A stretch of DNA of 64,000 nucleotides from Akkermansiaceae bacterium (GTDB lineage Bacteria > Verrucomicrobiota > Verrucomicrobiia > Verrucomicrobiales > Akkermansiaceae), in NCBI GenBank assembly GCA_051251915.1, contig JBPOGF010000009.1, forward strand, positions 1-64,000, in the 5' to 3' direction. How positions within the stretch are numbered: position 1 is the stretch's first letter; every line of letters starts with the position of its first letter. Of the stretch, positions 29,574-40,150 are shown in pieces. The notes under the pieces are model-generated. The model saw only the letters and a list, made by a program, of their open reading frames with translations, had not been told where the DNA came from and did not search any database. Both the position numbers and the translations under genes were made by a program.

Positions 29574-31097
29574 ATGAAGATGACCAATCTCTGCAGAAGA
29601 TTCTGTATATCCATGCTCTCCCTGAGCACCCTAAGCCAATTTTCCGTCGCGCAAACAGCTACCAAGAAACAGCCAAAACAACAGACAGCAAAGAAGCTCC
29701 AACTTGCTGGGATTTTTGCCAGCAACATGGTACTCCAGCGAGAAACTGATGCACCCATCTGGGGCCTCACAGCACCTAAAGAAAAAGTCTCCATCAAAGC
29801 ATCTTGGCTCAGATCTACCATCGAAACCACCGCCGACGAACAAGGCAAATGGATCACAAAAATCCGCACCCCAAAAGCTAGCGAAGGATTAGCTATCACC
29901 GTGAAAAGCGGCGACCAAACCATCGAACTCAAAAACGTCCTATCAGGCGAAGTCTGGATCTGCAGTGGCCAGTCTAACATGCAATGGAAAATGAGAGGCT
30001 TTGGCGTAGACCACTTCAAAGAAGACGTAGAAAAAGCAAAGTTCCCTAATATCCGCTTCTGCGATGTCCCACAAGTCATCTCACTAAAAACCCAAGACGA
30101 CGTCAAAACCCGCTGGGCAGTATGCTCCCCCAAGAGCACCCTCCAGTTCAGTGCCGTCGCCTACTTCTTCGGATCTAAACTTCACCAAGAACTAGATGTC
30201 CCCATCGGCTTAATTTCCACCAACTGGGGAGGCTCAGCCATCGAAGGATGGCTCAGCCCAGAAGTTCTGGAAAAAGAATTACCAAACTACAAACAACTCA
30301 CAGAAAACTACCCAAAATGGAGTTCAGAAAATGGCGGCAACTACGGACGCTCGGATAAAAAACCAAAAGGCCTGAACCAATCCTCACCAGGAGTCCTCTA
30401 CAACAGCATGATAAAACCACTCATGCCCTTCGCATTCCGCGGCGTCATCTGGTATCAAGGGGAGTCTAACATCAAGCAACCAGTGCTATACCGCACCCTC
30501 TTCCCTGCCATGATTCAAGACTGGAGAACACGCTGGGCAATCGGTGATTTCCCATTCTACTACGTCCAGATTGCACCATACCACTACAAGAAAGACCCAT
30601 TCCCAGCCGCCATGCTCCGCGAAGCCCAGACCATGGCACTGTCCGTGCCCAACACCGGAATGGCAGTCACCATGGACATTGGCGATGAAACAAACATCCA
30701 CCCCAAAGTCAAAAAGCCAGTCGGTCAACGCCTCGCCCTCCTCGCCCTCGCTAACGACTACGGTAAATCAGACCTCGTCTCATCCGGCCCACAGTTCAAA
30801 TCATTCAAAGTCGAAGCCAACAAAATCCGCCTAGACTTCACCAGCATTGGTAGCGGCCTAACAGCCAAAGGAGGCGGCGAACTCACCCATTTCACCATCG
30901 CAGGTGATGACAAGAAATTCGTCCCAGCTCAAGCAGTCATCAAAGGTGATTCCGTTATCGTCTCCAGCAAACAAATAGCCAAACCAGCCGCCGTCCGCTT
31001 CGGCTGGGGAAATGCAGACAAGCCAAATTTCACCAACAAAGAAGGCCTCCCCGCATCATCATTCCGCACCGATACTTGGCAGATCAATAGTAAATAG
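29574..31097 (+). CDS. Sialate O-acetylesterase-like SGNH carbohydrate esterase (exported)
   Basis: Contains MVLQR, GEVWICSGQSNM, WGGSAIE, WYQGESN, NIHP and FRTD. Confidence 0.9.
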   Translation: MKMTNLCRRFCISMLSLSTLSQFSVAQTATKKQPKQQTAKKLQLAGIFASNMVLQRETDAPIWGLTAPKEKVSIKASWLRSTIETTADEQGKWITKIRTPKASEGLAITVKSGDQTIELKNVLSGEVWICSGQSNMQWKMRGFGVDHFKEDVEKAKFPNIRFCDVPQVISLKTQDDVKTRWAVCSPKSTLQFSAVAYFFGSKLHQELDVPIGLISTNWGGSAIEGWLSPEVLEKELPNYKQLTENYPKWSSENGGNYGRSDKKPKGLNQSSPGVLYNSMIKPLMPFAFRGVIWYQGESNIKQPVLYRTLFPAMIQDWRTRWAIGDFPFYYVQIAPYHYKKDPFPAAMLREAQTMALSVPNTGMAVTMDIGDETNIHPKVKKPVGQRLALLALANDYGKSDLVSSGPQFKSFKVEANKIRLDFTSIGSGLTAKGGGELTHFTIAGDDKKFVPAQAVIKGDSVIVSSKQIAKPAAVRFGWGNADKPNFTNKEGLPASSFRTDTWQINSK

Positions 31098-31100
31098 ACA

Positions 31101-33893
31101 CTAATCCTCCTTCACTCGCAGACGAACAAACATCTTACCACCCACCTCATTGCTACCAGGGATAGTAACAGGCGTGGTAGATGTGTTCGTTAGTACCGCA
31201 AAAGCCGGCTCAATCCAGGTCTCCATGTCATTGGAAATCTGAACTTCATACGTGAGCCCAGCGCGTGCATTATTAAAATCATAACTATAGTCATTCCCTA
31301 CTTTAGTAAGAATCGGCTGGCCTGTTTTCTCCGAAACAAGCGGATCAGTATCCAAAGCAAATTCGACAAAGTTAGTCACGCCATCATGGTCCGCATCTCC
31401 CTCCTTCGAGTCATCGCCAGAACCCCAAACAATCCCGCCCTTCCAAATATAGTAGCCACTAGAAACACCAAGAACATCAATACTCACCGTCGTATCCTGT
31501 GAGCTATTCACCCCATCCGAAGCACGGTATGTGAAGCTATCCGACCCAGCATACCCAACGTCAGGAACATAAGTAAATGACCCATCAGCAAGCAACGTCA
31601 ACTCTCCGTGGCTCACATCCTCAATGAGTAGCGCAGTCAATCCATCCCAGTTTAAATCGATATCATTCTCCAACACCCCATCAGCAGCCACAGATAGCGT
31701 ACCATCTCGGTTGATTTCGTAAGAATCATCAACCCCCTCAGGCACTTGAACTCCAAGCCCAAATGCATCCCAAGAGTCCGTCCGGAATGGCGCAGCCGGC
31801 AAACTATCGCTTTCCGCCCCATCCACATTGACTTCATTGACCAGATTAACATCATTGGAAGCAGGAACAGTCCAAGCATAGCGCACCGCAACTGGATTGG
31901 CGACTGAGGTCGATGAAATCACAACATTCCCTCCAACGATAGACGCGCTAGTAGCTGCATGGTAAACTTCATTCGACCCAGCAATTTCAAAGGCTTTCGG
32001 AGATAACCCATCGGTAGTTTTTAACCCCGTGGCATGAGTATATTCAATCGTAACCTGGTTACCACTGATCGCCATAGAATCAAACCGCGGACCAAGTGAT
32101 TCAATTGACTCACCTAGCACAAATTCACGAACCATCAGCGCCAGCCGAATACCGATCGGCTCCTTGTCCGTAGGGTGAATGTTATTATAAAAACCAGTAT
32201 CTCGCGTCACACAGACATAAGCGTTATTCAGTGTAGCAAGCACATCCTGAGCCTCCCTAAATAACGGCCAAGTCGCCTGTTTATAGTAAGGAAGCTGAAC
32301 CCCCAAAATAGGAAGATCCCCTTGCCCAAAACGCTCACGATATTCAGTCATCATAGCAGGCAGGCTAAATTTATATCTCGCACAGTTCACATTCGTCCCC
32401 GCATTTGCCTCACCCTGGTACCAGATAAACCCAGAAATGCCATAATGCCTCATCGGATGAACCATCTTATTATAAATGATATTCGGCCGAGTCCGCATGA
32501 AAATGTCATCGTCTGTAGTCGACCATCCATTTGTAGAGAGTTCAGTGATATAAGCCTCATTCGTAGCATAGCCCGTGCCTACTCTGCTAGACTTTTCAGT
32601 CCCTGCATCATATTCACCGATGCTCTGATACAGTTGCATCATCTCCTCAAAATGCGGAAGCCTCTCACTAAGCTCCAATGGCATCCAGCCTTCGATAGAA
32701 CTACTCCCCCAAGCCGCCCAAATAATCGCAACAGGCACCCCCGTAGACTCATGGAGATTTTTAGCAAACACTGAGCCAACTGCAGTCCAAGTATGCGCAG
32801 CTGAATTATCCAGCCAGTTCATCCCATTGCTCTCGTCTTCCGTAGTTGAGCCGTTCTGAGTGATTTTCAAACAACGAATATTATCGTTAATCTTGATAGC
32901 ATCAATATAATCGCTCTTCCAAGCCGCCATCGAATTCAAGTTATAAACCATATTGGATTGCCCAAAACAAAACCAAACATCACCCACAAGCACATCATTG
33001 ACCGTCCTCGTCAAGCCCCCACTAGTCACCACCAGAGTTTGTGATCCACCACCCACAGGAAGGGGTGCTAGCTCCACTTCCCAGCTCCCTTGAGCATCAG
33101 CCATACCGCTGCCAGCCACACCAGCCACACTTACTGACACTGCAGCATTGGGTGTTGCCGAGCCCCAAATTTTCACATTCTTACCACGTTGAAGAACCAT
33201 TCTATCTTGGAACGGTGACGCTAGAATCAGTTCCGTACCAGTGCTTATAGCAGTCCCCTGAACATAATAATTCATCGCTCTATCAGATACCCCATGTGCG
33301 GACGTGGTGATCGAAAGCCTGCCACCAACTGCACTTTCAAGATAATCAAATGTCGCCGGGCTAGTCCCAGCAGAAGGGTCATAAGTGAGAAAGAAACCGA
33401 AATCCTCATTCTCATCCACAGTAAGTGGCGTAGACAGCTCAAGAGTCACGTATTGATCATCAGCGATTGGTCCATCCAACGTGAATACTTCAGCATACAA
33501 CGGTGTAACCGAGGTTCCAGTATAGAAATTAGCTCCGGATGCATGACCATTTCCTGTTGTCCATTGCCCACTGGTTCCCTTAAATATTCTTAGAGTGAGA
33601 CTGTCGTTGTTGAATGTGGCTGCAACATCTTTCTGTATCGTGATCGAGCTGATTTGATAAGAACTTCGTGAGCCATCGGGGAGACTAAACAATTGACCAC
33701 GTGCATGGTTAGCATTGCCCGCTATAGGAGCTGGAGCCGACCCAGCTAAAGGGAAAATCTTAGAGTTCGTCGCGCCAGCTGACTGTGTCGCTATCACATT
33801 GGCCGATGGAGCCTTGTCTGAAACTGAGACTCCAGCAAAAGCAACATGCATTAACGCTGCAAACAGGGAGAGGTAGAGTTTAAATTGGTTCAT
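31101..33893 (-). CDS. Large exported SGNH acetylesterase with cadherin/Ig-like domain and C-terminal extracellular domain
   Basis: Contains GQSNM, WYQGEAN and NIHP; GVLEND...HGELTL...DGSFTYVP Ig-like repeat; DADHDGVTNFVEFAL.TDP tail; start set at MNQFK. Confidence 0.85.
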   Translation of the reverse strand: MNQFKLYLSLFAALMHVAFAGVSVSDKAPSANVIATQSAGATNSKIFPLAGSAPAPIAGNANHARGQLFSLPDGSRSSYQISSITIQKDVAATFNNDSLTLRIFKGTSGQWTTGNGHASGANFYTGTSVTPLYAEVFTLDGPIADDQYVTLELSTPLTVDENEDFGFFLTYDPSAGTSPATFDYLESAVGGRLSITTSAHGVSDRAMNYYVQGTAISTGTELILASPFQDRMVLQRGKNVKIWGSATPNAAVSVSVAGVAGSGMADAQGSWEVELAPLPVGGGSQTLVVTSGGLTRTVNDVLVGDVWFCFGQSNMVYNLNSMAAWKSDYIDAIKINDNIRCLKITQNGSTTEDESNGMNWLDNSAAHTWTAVGSVFAKNLHESTGVPVAIIWAAWGSSSIEGWMPLELSERLPHFEEMMQLYQSIGEYDAGTEKSSRVGTGYATNEAYITELSTNGWSTTDDDIFMRTRPNIIYNKMVHPMRHYGISGFIWYQGEANAGTNVNCARYKFSLPAMMTEYRERFGQGDLPILGVQLPYYKQATWPLFREAQDVLATLNNAYVCVTRDTGFYNNIHPTDKEPIGIRLALMVREFVLGESIESLGPRFDSMAISGNQVTIEYTHATGLKTTDGLSPKAFEIAGSNEVYHAATSASIVGGNVVISSTSVANPVAVRYAWTVPASNDVNLVNEVNVDGAESDSLPAAPFRTDSWDAFGLGVQVPEGVDDSYEINRDGTLSVAADGVLENDIDLNWDGLTALLIEDVSHGELTLLADGSFTYVPDVGYAGSDSFTYRASDGVNSSQDTTVSIDVLGVSSGYYIWKGGIVWGSGDDSKEGDADHDGVTNFVEFALDTDPLVSEKTGQPILTKVGNDYSYDFNNARAGLTYEVQISNDMETWIEPAFAVLTNTSTTPVTIPGSNEVGGKMFVRLRVKED

Positions 33894-34028
33894 ATTTTGT
33901 TCATTGTAATGGTTGATAAACCATATAAGTAGAACAATCAAACTTGACAAAAGGGTCAATCTAATACCTATTTCAGTTATGTTCGTCTACGTGTGTAACC
34001 TGTCACAATCTAGCCTCCATCGTCAACC

Positions 34029-35129
34029 ATGAAACCACTTAAACGTCTATCAGTTATCGAACAAAGCGCAGAATATCTACGTAATTCACTAACCCAAGGA
34101 ACCTGGACCGGTAAATTACCCGGCGTAGTGCGCCTAGCTGAAGAGCTCGGAGTCTCTAAACTCACCATGAGAGCTGCATTACGTCTGTTAGAAGACGAGG
34201 GTTTAGTGAGGTTAGCAGAAAACGGATACAGTCGTTACGCAGTGCCTCACGCAAAAAATACCAAGAAAAATATCCGCGTTGGAATCATGCTCGCAGAACC
34301 ACTCTCTGAGCAAGTCGCCCAGTTCCAAAAGCTCTTGACCGACATCCTCCAGCAGCTAGATCATGCAGGCTTCGAGTCATTCATCTATCATGAAGATTTG
34401 CAGTCATTAAAAAATGACGTAACCCGTGTCAATACAGTAGTCACTAGATCACCAGTAAGTATCTATATCGTGGTAGCCGGCTTCTTCGATATTCTAAAAT
34501 GGTTTTCAACCCAACCTCAGCCATGCATTGCTCTTTTTGGTCGTGGCGGATCTTTACCCATTGCGCGTGTTGGTATGCAAAAGGCTGTTGCCACCATTGA
34601 AGCGGTAAATTACTTAATCAAGCTAGGTCACAAACGCATCGTAAAATTAACGCGGAAAGACCGTCGCATCCCGCATTTGGCAGCATCTGAACTTAGGTTT
34701 TTAGCCACCCTAGAGGAGAACAATATCGAGACCAGCACCTACAACCTACCGGATTGGGAAGAAAGCCCGCAAGGACTTAACCTGCTTCTAGAAGGCCTAT
34801 TCAAGATGACACCCCCTACAGCCATCATCACTGACGAGGTTCCCATTTGGGTCGCAGTACAGCAATTCCTCGCACGCAAACGGCTACTAGTGCCAGAGGA
34901 TGTTTCCCTGATTGCATCCGATGACGATCCCTCACTCTACTGGTGCCAACCAGTCCCCAGCCACTTTAGCTGGGAAAGCGAACCCATCTTACGCCACGTA
35001 GTGCGCTGGGCCAAAGGAGTCAGACAAGGGAAAATTGACCAGCGACAAAAGTTCTACCCCGCAGAATTCGTCGTAGGAGGCACCATCGGACCAGTCAAAC
35101 GTAGCTCCATTACCAAGAGAAACAGTTGA
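34029..35129 (+). CDS. Transcriptional regulator with GntR-type HTH and LacI-type sensor domain
   Basis: LPGVVRLAEELGVS...RAALRLLEDEG; LGHKRI; PTAII; VPEDVSLI. Confidence 0.88.
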   Translation: MKPLKRLSVIEQSAEYLRNSLTQGTWTGKLPGVVRLAEELGVSKLTMRAALRLLEDEGLVRLAENGYSRYAVPHAKNTKKNIRVGIMLAEPLSEQVAQFQKLLTDILQQLDHAGFESFIYHEDLQSLKNDVTRVNTVVTRSPVSIYIVVAGFFDILKWFSTQPQPCIALFGRGGSLPIARVGMQKAVATIEAVNYLIKLGHKRIVKLTRKDRRIPHLAASELRFLATLEENNIETSTYNLPDWEESPQGLNLLLEGLFKMTPPTAIITDEVPIWVAVQQFLARKRLLVPEDVSLIASDDDPSLYWCQPVPSHFSWESEPILRHVVRWAKGVRQGKIDQRQKFYPAEFVVGGTIGPVKRSSITKRNS

Positions 35130-35158
35130 TAAAAATCAGCTATTCCTCCCCCCCCCAT

Positions 35159-36982
35159 TCACTTCACCTTCCCATACCGGCTCTGCACAGAATCCACAGA
35201 GTGCCTATAATTACGGTTTTCACCACGCCTCGGCTGCTTCTGCTCCTTCCGGTGCGCCCGCTCAGTGAAAATCAATATCCCCAGCGGCACAAAGAAAAAC
35301 AACACGCCCATCCCAGGCAGCAACCAGCTCCCCCCACTCACACCCTTCTCCAGCACACTCACCTCCGGCTCATTCGGATCATAAAATATCGCCACTTTTT
35401 TCCCTTTGCGGTATCGCTTCACTATCTTCTGCGCCCTGTTCCTACTACTCGTACTCACCTCGCCAAAAGCCACCCTATCCCCCTCATAACGCTGTTTATC
35501 CACCACATACTTATAAGTCACATCAGCCCCATAAGTCGTCCCATCACTATCACTATTAACAGACACCTTACTCGTCAAAACCACTCCCTTCACACTCGGC
35601 CAGCTCTCACTCTCTTTCGCCGTAATCATGTTAGAAATCCCAAACCCTAACATCGCCAAGCCCGCCATCAAAAACACCCCAAGGAAAATCCTCAAGACCC
35701 AAGTCCCCCCCTTCATATCTTTAATCTGCACCGTATTGCTATAAAATGGCACCTCCGCCGGTGAAAAGCTCTGCGGCACAGCTTCCACCACCGAAGCCCG
35801 CTCAACACTCATCGACCCACCGTAGACCCCCCTACCACTACTCTCCGGAACCTCATCCACCGTCTCTCTAACAACCTCCGGCCTCAACCACCCGTTCAGC
35901 TTCCGCTTCACCACATCAGAAATCTCCTGATCCACCCAGCTAAACAACTTCATCTTCTCAGTCGCCCCCTTCATCACCACCGAATAGCGCGTCGCATTAT
36001 TACTAGACCCACTATTCTTCACCTCCACCTTACTAAAATCAGATTTCTGCAAACTCACCTTACTCTTACTCACCCCACCACGCAGCTTCTCCTTAATCAC
36101 CCTATCCCCCTTAAACGTATATTTCTCAGCCGTCCCTAACCTAGTAAGACCCATAATAAACGTCACAAATGCACCCACCACAATCAAACTCCCCACAATA
36201 CCAAAGAGCAGCGGCCCGTCCTCAACCCAAAACCCCACCGCCATAAAAATACTCCCAAACACCACCCCAAACAACCCACCAAAAATCATCCCCACCCCAA
36301 TCTTAGAGCCATTCTTCACCACCTCAAACTCCTCACCCCCCAGCAAAGAAACAGTCACCCCATCCTTCGTAAAATCACCACCCTCACCCTCATCAGAACT
36401 AAAATACGCCTCATCCAGATCCTCCTCACTAGGTAACCCACCCTGCTCCGCCAAGCTCCCTAACATCTCACTCGCAAGCCACCTCAGCTCCCCCTCCTTC
36501 AACCCACTCCCAAACTTAATACCATACCCCGACCTAGCCTTCACCATCAACCCATAATTCGGTTTCCCATTCGTCTCCGAAGAAGAATACAACCCCACCC
36601 CATGCACATTCCCACGTAAAATCCCCTCACTCGTCTCCTTCTTCCCTATAGTCTTCACCACCTCCACCGCACCATCACGCACCCGCACCTTATGTGATGT
36701 ATACCGCATCCTATACCCCAAATAAGCAATCCCCCCACCCGCCAAAAAGAAAATACTAAGAAACACCAACCCTCCCAACATTCCCCACCACGACGACACC
36801 TCACCCTTATCAGAAAAGGCAGCAAATCCCATCATTCCCAAAATCGCCAACGGAGGCAAACAAAACACACACCCAAAAATCATCAAACACCCCACCCCCC
36901 TCTTCGCCGGTACATCCCACTCAACACCGTTCCCTACCTCCCTCTGAGAAATCCCACTCTTCGCTGGCTGCAAACTCTTCAT
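35159..36982 (-). CDS. Multi-TM membrane protein with C-terminal DUF3592-like domain
   Basis: Several TM hairpins; SESWPSVKG.V...Y.YVVD...Y...VAIFYDPNEP..SVLE pattern. Confidence 0.75.
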   Translation of the reverse strand: MKSLQPAKSGISQREVGNGVEWDVPAKRGVGCLMIFGCVFCLPPLAILGMMGFAAFSDKGEVSSWWGMLGGLVFLSIFFLAGGGIAYLGYRMRYTSHKVRVRDGAVEVVKTIGKKETSEGILRGNVHGVGLYSSSETNGKPNYGLMVKARSGYGIKFGSGLKEGELRWLASEMLGSLAEQGGLPSEEDLDEAYFSSDEGEGGDFTKDGVTVSLLGGEEFEVVKNGSKIGVGMIFGGLFGVVFGSIFMAVGFWVEDGPLLFGIVGSLIVVGAFVTFIMGLTRLGTAEKYTFKGDRVIKEKLRGGVSKSKVSLQKSDFSKVEVKNSGSSNNATRYSVVMKGATEKMKLFSWVDQEISDVVKRKLNGWLRPEVVRETVDEVPESSGRGVYGGSMSVERASVVEAVPQSFSPAEVPFYSNTVQIKDMKGGTWVLRIFLGVFLMAGLAMLGFGISNMITAKESESWPSVKGVVLTSKVSVNSDSDGTTYGADVTYKYVVDKQRYEGDRVAFGEVSTSSRNRAQKIVKRYRKGKKVAIFYDPNEPEVSVLEKGVSGGSWLLPGMGVLFFFVPLGILIFTERAHRKEQKQPRRGENRNYRHSVDSVQSRYGKVK

Positions 36983-37016
36983 ACCCCATTCATAAATCCC
37001 CCAACAAAATTTGTCA

Positions 37017-38252
37017 TCAATAATTCTCCGTATCCAAATCCGGAATATGCGTAAACGCTATCCGCATATTCCCATTGTCCAGCGCCGCATGGTCACACCC
37101 CAAATGCATCGCCTTCTTCCCAAACCGTAACTGCAACTTATCCATCGCCACATTCAACGCATCCCTATTTTTATTCACCGGACTAAATAACGACGGCGTA
37201 AAATTATCCCTCTCCACCAGCCTGCACAACGTCACCCCAAGCTGCCTCACAGGCTGCTCCAGCAAACTCCGCTCACGCCATAACCTCGACACCACCTTCG
37301 CAAAAAACAACCCATCAGAACTCGCATCAAACCTCACCTCCCGCCCCCATCGCTCCCCATTCAGATACCGCACATCCACCACCAACGCCTCAGCCAACAT
37401 CCCATAACTCCGCAACCGCACCCCCGCCTTCTGCGTCAACTTATGCAACACCGCCTCAGCCTCCACCGGCCTCCGCTTCACCGGCGGTAAAATATGCGAG
37501 TGCCCTATGCTTCTCTTCTCCATCACCACATCCGGCACATCATGCCCCCGCAACTGCAAATACAACCTATCACCCTCCACACTCCCCCAGATCCTATGCA
37601 GCTCCTGCAGCGTGCACCCACACAGATCCTTCACCGTATGCACCCCCGCCGCATGCAACCGTATCTTCATACTCCGCCCCACCCCATGAATGTCTGACAA
37701 CTCCTCAGAATACAACACATCCGGCAAATCCCCCTCCCGTATCACCATATACCCATCAGGCTTCCGCATCTTAGACGCCATCTTCGCCAGCCACCTATTC
37801 GGCCCCACCCCAATAGAACACGTCAGCGCATCGCTAAATTCCGCCAACATCTCACGCTTTATCGCCCCAGCCACCTCCGCTATCTTCTCCTCCCTCCGCC
37901 AATTATACGGCAACCACGCCCACATCTCATCAATAGACAACACCTTCTCCACATGGATACACCGCTCCACTATCTCTATCGCCCTATGATGCGTCCGCAC
38001 ATACAACTCCGGCCGCGCCGGCACAATCACAATCCCCGGACAAATCTCCCTCGCCTCACTCACCCGCGTCCCCGTCTTCACCCCCATCCGCTTCGCCTCA
38101 TAACTCGCCGCGATACAACAAGAGCTCTCCGCCATCACCGGCACCACCCCCACCGGCCGCCCACGTAAAGACGGCTCAAAATGCTGCTCCACAGACGCAA
38201 AATATGCATCAAAATCAATAAACAGCGCAGACAAAGGAATAGATTCATTCAT
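37017..38252 (-). CDS. Y-family DNA polymerase (DinB/Pol IV-like)
   Basis: Contains DFDAYFASVEQ, AASYEAK..GVKTG, SIDE, CSIG...LAKMAS..KPDG and SIGHS. Confidence 0.92.
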   Translation of the reverse strand: MNESIPLSALFIDFDAYFASVEQHFEPSLRGRPVGVVPVMAESSCCIAASYEAKRMGVKTGTRVSEAREICPGIVIVPARPELYVRTHHRAIEIVERCIHVEKVLSIDEMWAWLPYNWRREEKIAEVAGAIKREMLAEFSDALTCSIGVGPNRWLAKMASKMRKPDGYMVIREGDLPDVLYSEELSDIHGVGRSMKIRLHAAGVHTVKDLCGCTLQELHRIWGSVEGDRLYLQLRGHDVPDVVMEKRSIGHSHILPPVKRRPVEAEAVLHKLTQKAGVRLRSYGMLAEALVVDVRYLNGERWGREVRFDASSDGLFFAKVVSRLWRERSLLEQPVRQLGVTLCRLVERDNFTPSLFSPVNKNRDALNVAMDKLQLRFGKKAMHLGCDHAALDNGNMRIAFTHIPDLDTENY

Positions 38253-38272
38253 AACAGATAAACCCACCAATA

Positions 38273-38286
38273 TACTCAAATGAACA
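38273..38286 (-). promoter_or_regulatory. Putative Verrucomicrobia-type LexA box
   Basis: Minus strand TGTTC-ATTT-GAGTA versus TGTTC-N4-GAACA consensus; about 20 nt upstream of the Y-family polymerase ATG. Confidence 0.55.
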
Positions 38287-38436
38287 CTCAGTCAACCACC
38301 AAAAAAATCCCCAACTCCAACACCTCATAAATTAACCCAGAGCCAATCAAGAATAATACCATTTACATTTACTCACCACCCTACAAATCGTAAAACAAAC
38401 CGCCCCTAGATTCAGAACGACACAACCAATAAGATC

Positions 38437-39987
38437 ATGCTCAAAACTTACCACTACGCCATCCTCATCCTACTAGCATCCTTCATCCCATCCCTCGCCT
38501 CTGAAAAGCGCCCCAACATCATCATCATGATGCTAGATGACCTCGGTTACTCCGACTTCGGCTGCTACGGCAGTGAAATCAAAACACCCAACATCGACAA
38601 ACTCGCCGCAGAAGGCATCCGTTTCCGCAGCTTCTACAACACCGCCAAATGCCACTCATCCCGCGTCAGCCTACTCACCGGACTCTACAGCGACCAAGCC
38701 GGAGACTCCAAAATGGATCGCGGCGTCACCATCGCAGAAGTCCTACAGCCCGCCGGCTACAACACCGCCATGGTAGGAAAATGGCACCTCGATAAAGAAC
38801 CTACCCAACGAGGATTCGACAAATACTTCGGCCACCTCTCAGGAGCCACCAACTTCTTCACAGGTGACAACAGCTTCCGCCTCAATGGCGAAAAATGGGA
38901 CAACTTCGATAAAGACTTCTACACCACCGATGCCAATATCAAATTCGCCAAACAATTCCTAACAGAATCCATCACCGACTCTCCAGAAAAGCCCTTCTTC
39001 CTCTACATCGCCCACAACGCACCACACTTCCCACTCCAAGTAAAAAAACAAGACTTCGATAAATACCAAGGAGTCTACGACAAAGGCTGGGACCAAATCA
39101 GAGCCCAGCGACTCGCCAAACAAAAAAACCTCAAACTATACCCAACACAATGGAAACCAGCCGCACGCCCCGCACTAGTTCCAGACTGGACCACACTAAG
39201 CCAGAAAGATCAACTCTGGGAATCCCGCCGCATGATGGCCTTCGCCGGCATGGTAGACTGCGTAGATCAAACCACCGGAGACCTCATCGCATTTCTCAAA
39301 GAAAAAAACATCTACGACAACACCCTCATCATGATTTGCTCAGACAACGGAGCATGCCCATTCGAGCGCACCAGACACCCAGAAAAAGAACCCTGGGACC
39401 CCGCCTCATACTGGTGCTATGACACCGGCTGGTCACACGTCGGCAACACCCCCTTCCGCCTACACAAACAAAACCAACACGCCGGCGGCATCACCAGCCC
39501 ACTCATCGTCCACTGGCCCAGCAAAATAGCCAAAAAAGACCAAGGAACCATCACCACCCAGCCCGGACACCTCATCGACTTCATGGCCACATGCATCGAC
39601 CTCGCCAAAGCCGACTACCCCAAAACCCATAACAACAGAACAGTCCAACCCTACGAAGGCCTATCACTCGCACCCATCTTCGAAAACAAACAACGCGAAC
39701 AACACCAAGACCTATTCTTCAGATTCGCAAGCAACAGAGCCATCATCCAAGGCGACTGGAAACTCGTCACCCACAGAGCCACCAAATGGGAACTCTACAA
39801 CATCGCCCAAGACGGCACCGAAATGAATGACCTAGCCCGCCAAAACCCCGAAAAAGTCAAACTACTCAAAGAAATCTGGCACACCCAAGCACAAGAAAAA
39901 GGCCTACTCACAGGACAAGACATTCAGCCAGTCTCAGGAAAAACCCCACCATCACTAAAGAAAACAGGCCACCCCGCAAAACCCTAA
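38437..39987 (+). CDS. Arylsulfatase (formylglycine-dependent)
   Basis: Signal peptide; PNII..DDLG; C-x-x-x-R (CHSSRVSLLTG); GKWHL; SDNG. Confidence 0.93.
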   Translation: MLKTYHYAILILLASFIPSLASEKRPNIIIMMLDDLGYSDFGCYGSEIKTPNIDKLAAEGIRFRSFYNTAKCHSSRVSLLTGLYSDQAGDSKMDRGVTIAEVLQPAGYNTAMVGKWHLDKEPTQRGFDKYFGHLSGATNFFTGDNSFRLNGEKWDNFDKDFYTTDANIKFAKQFLTESITDSPEKPFFLYIAHNAPHFPLQVKKQDFDKYQGVYDKGWDQIRAQRLAKQKNLKLYPTQWKPAARPALVPDWTTLSQKDQLWESRRMMAFAGMVDCVDQTTGDLIAFLKEKNIYDNTLIMICSDNGACPFERTRHPEKEPWDPASYWCYDTGWSHVGNTPFRLHKQNQHAGGITSPLIVHWPSKIAKKDQGTITTQPGHLIDFMATCIDLAKADYPKTHNNRTVQPYEGLSLAPIFENKQREQHQDLFFRFASNRAIIQGDWKLVTHRATKWELYNIAQDGTEMNDLARQNPEKVKLLKEIWHTQAQEKGLLTGQDIQPVSGKTPPSLKKTGHPAKP

Positions 39988-40012
39988 AGCAACCATCACC
40001 ATAGCCACAAAC

Positions 40013-40094
40013 AATCGCGTGCACCGCAAGCATTATACGCGAACCACCCACGCCCCAAAGGGGCCATCTACGCCAGCCTAGGCCAACGCCCTAG
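40013..40094. repeat. REP-like palindrome cluster (copy 1 of 30-nt element plus two short hairpins)
   Basis: AATCGCGT-N13-TAT-ACGCGA; GCCCC-AAA-GGGGC; CTAGG-N7-CCTAG; lies between convergent genes. Confidence 0.65.
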
Positions 40095-40150
40095 AAAGAC
40101 CAACACCACCACACCACAAGCCTAGTATCCTCAAGCCTCCAGCATAAACA

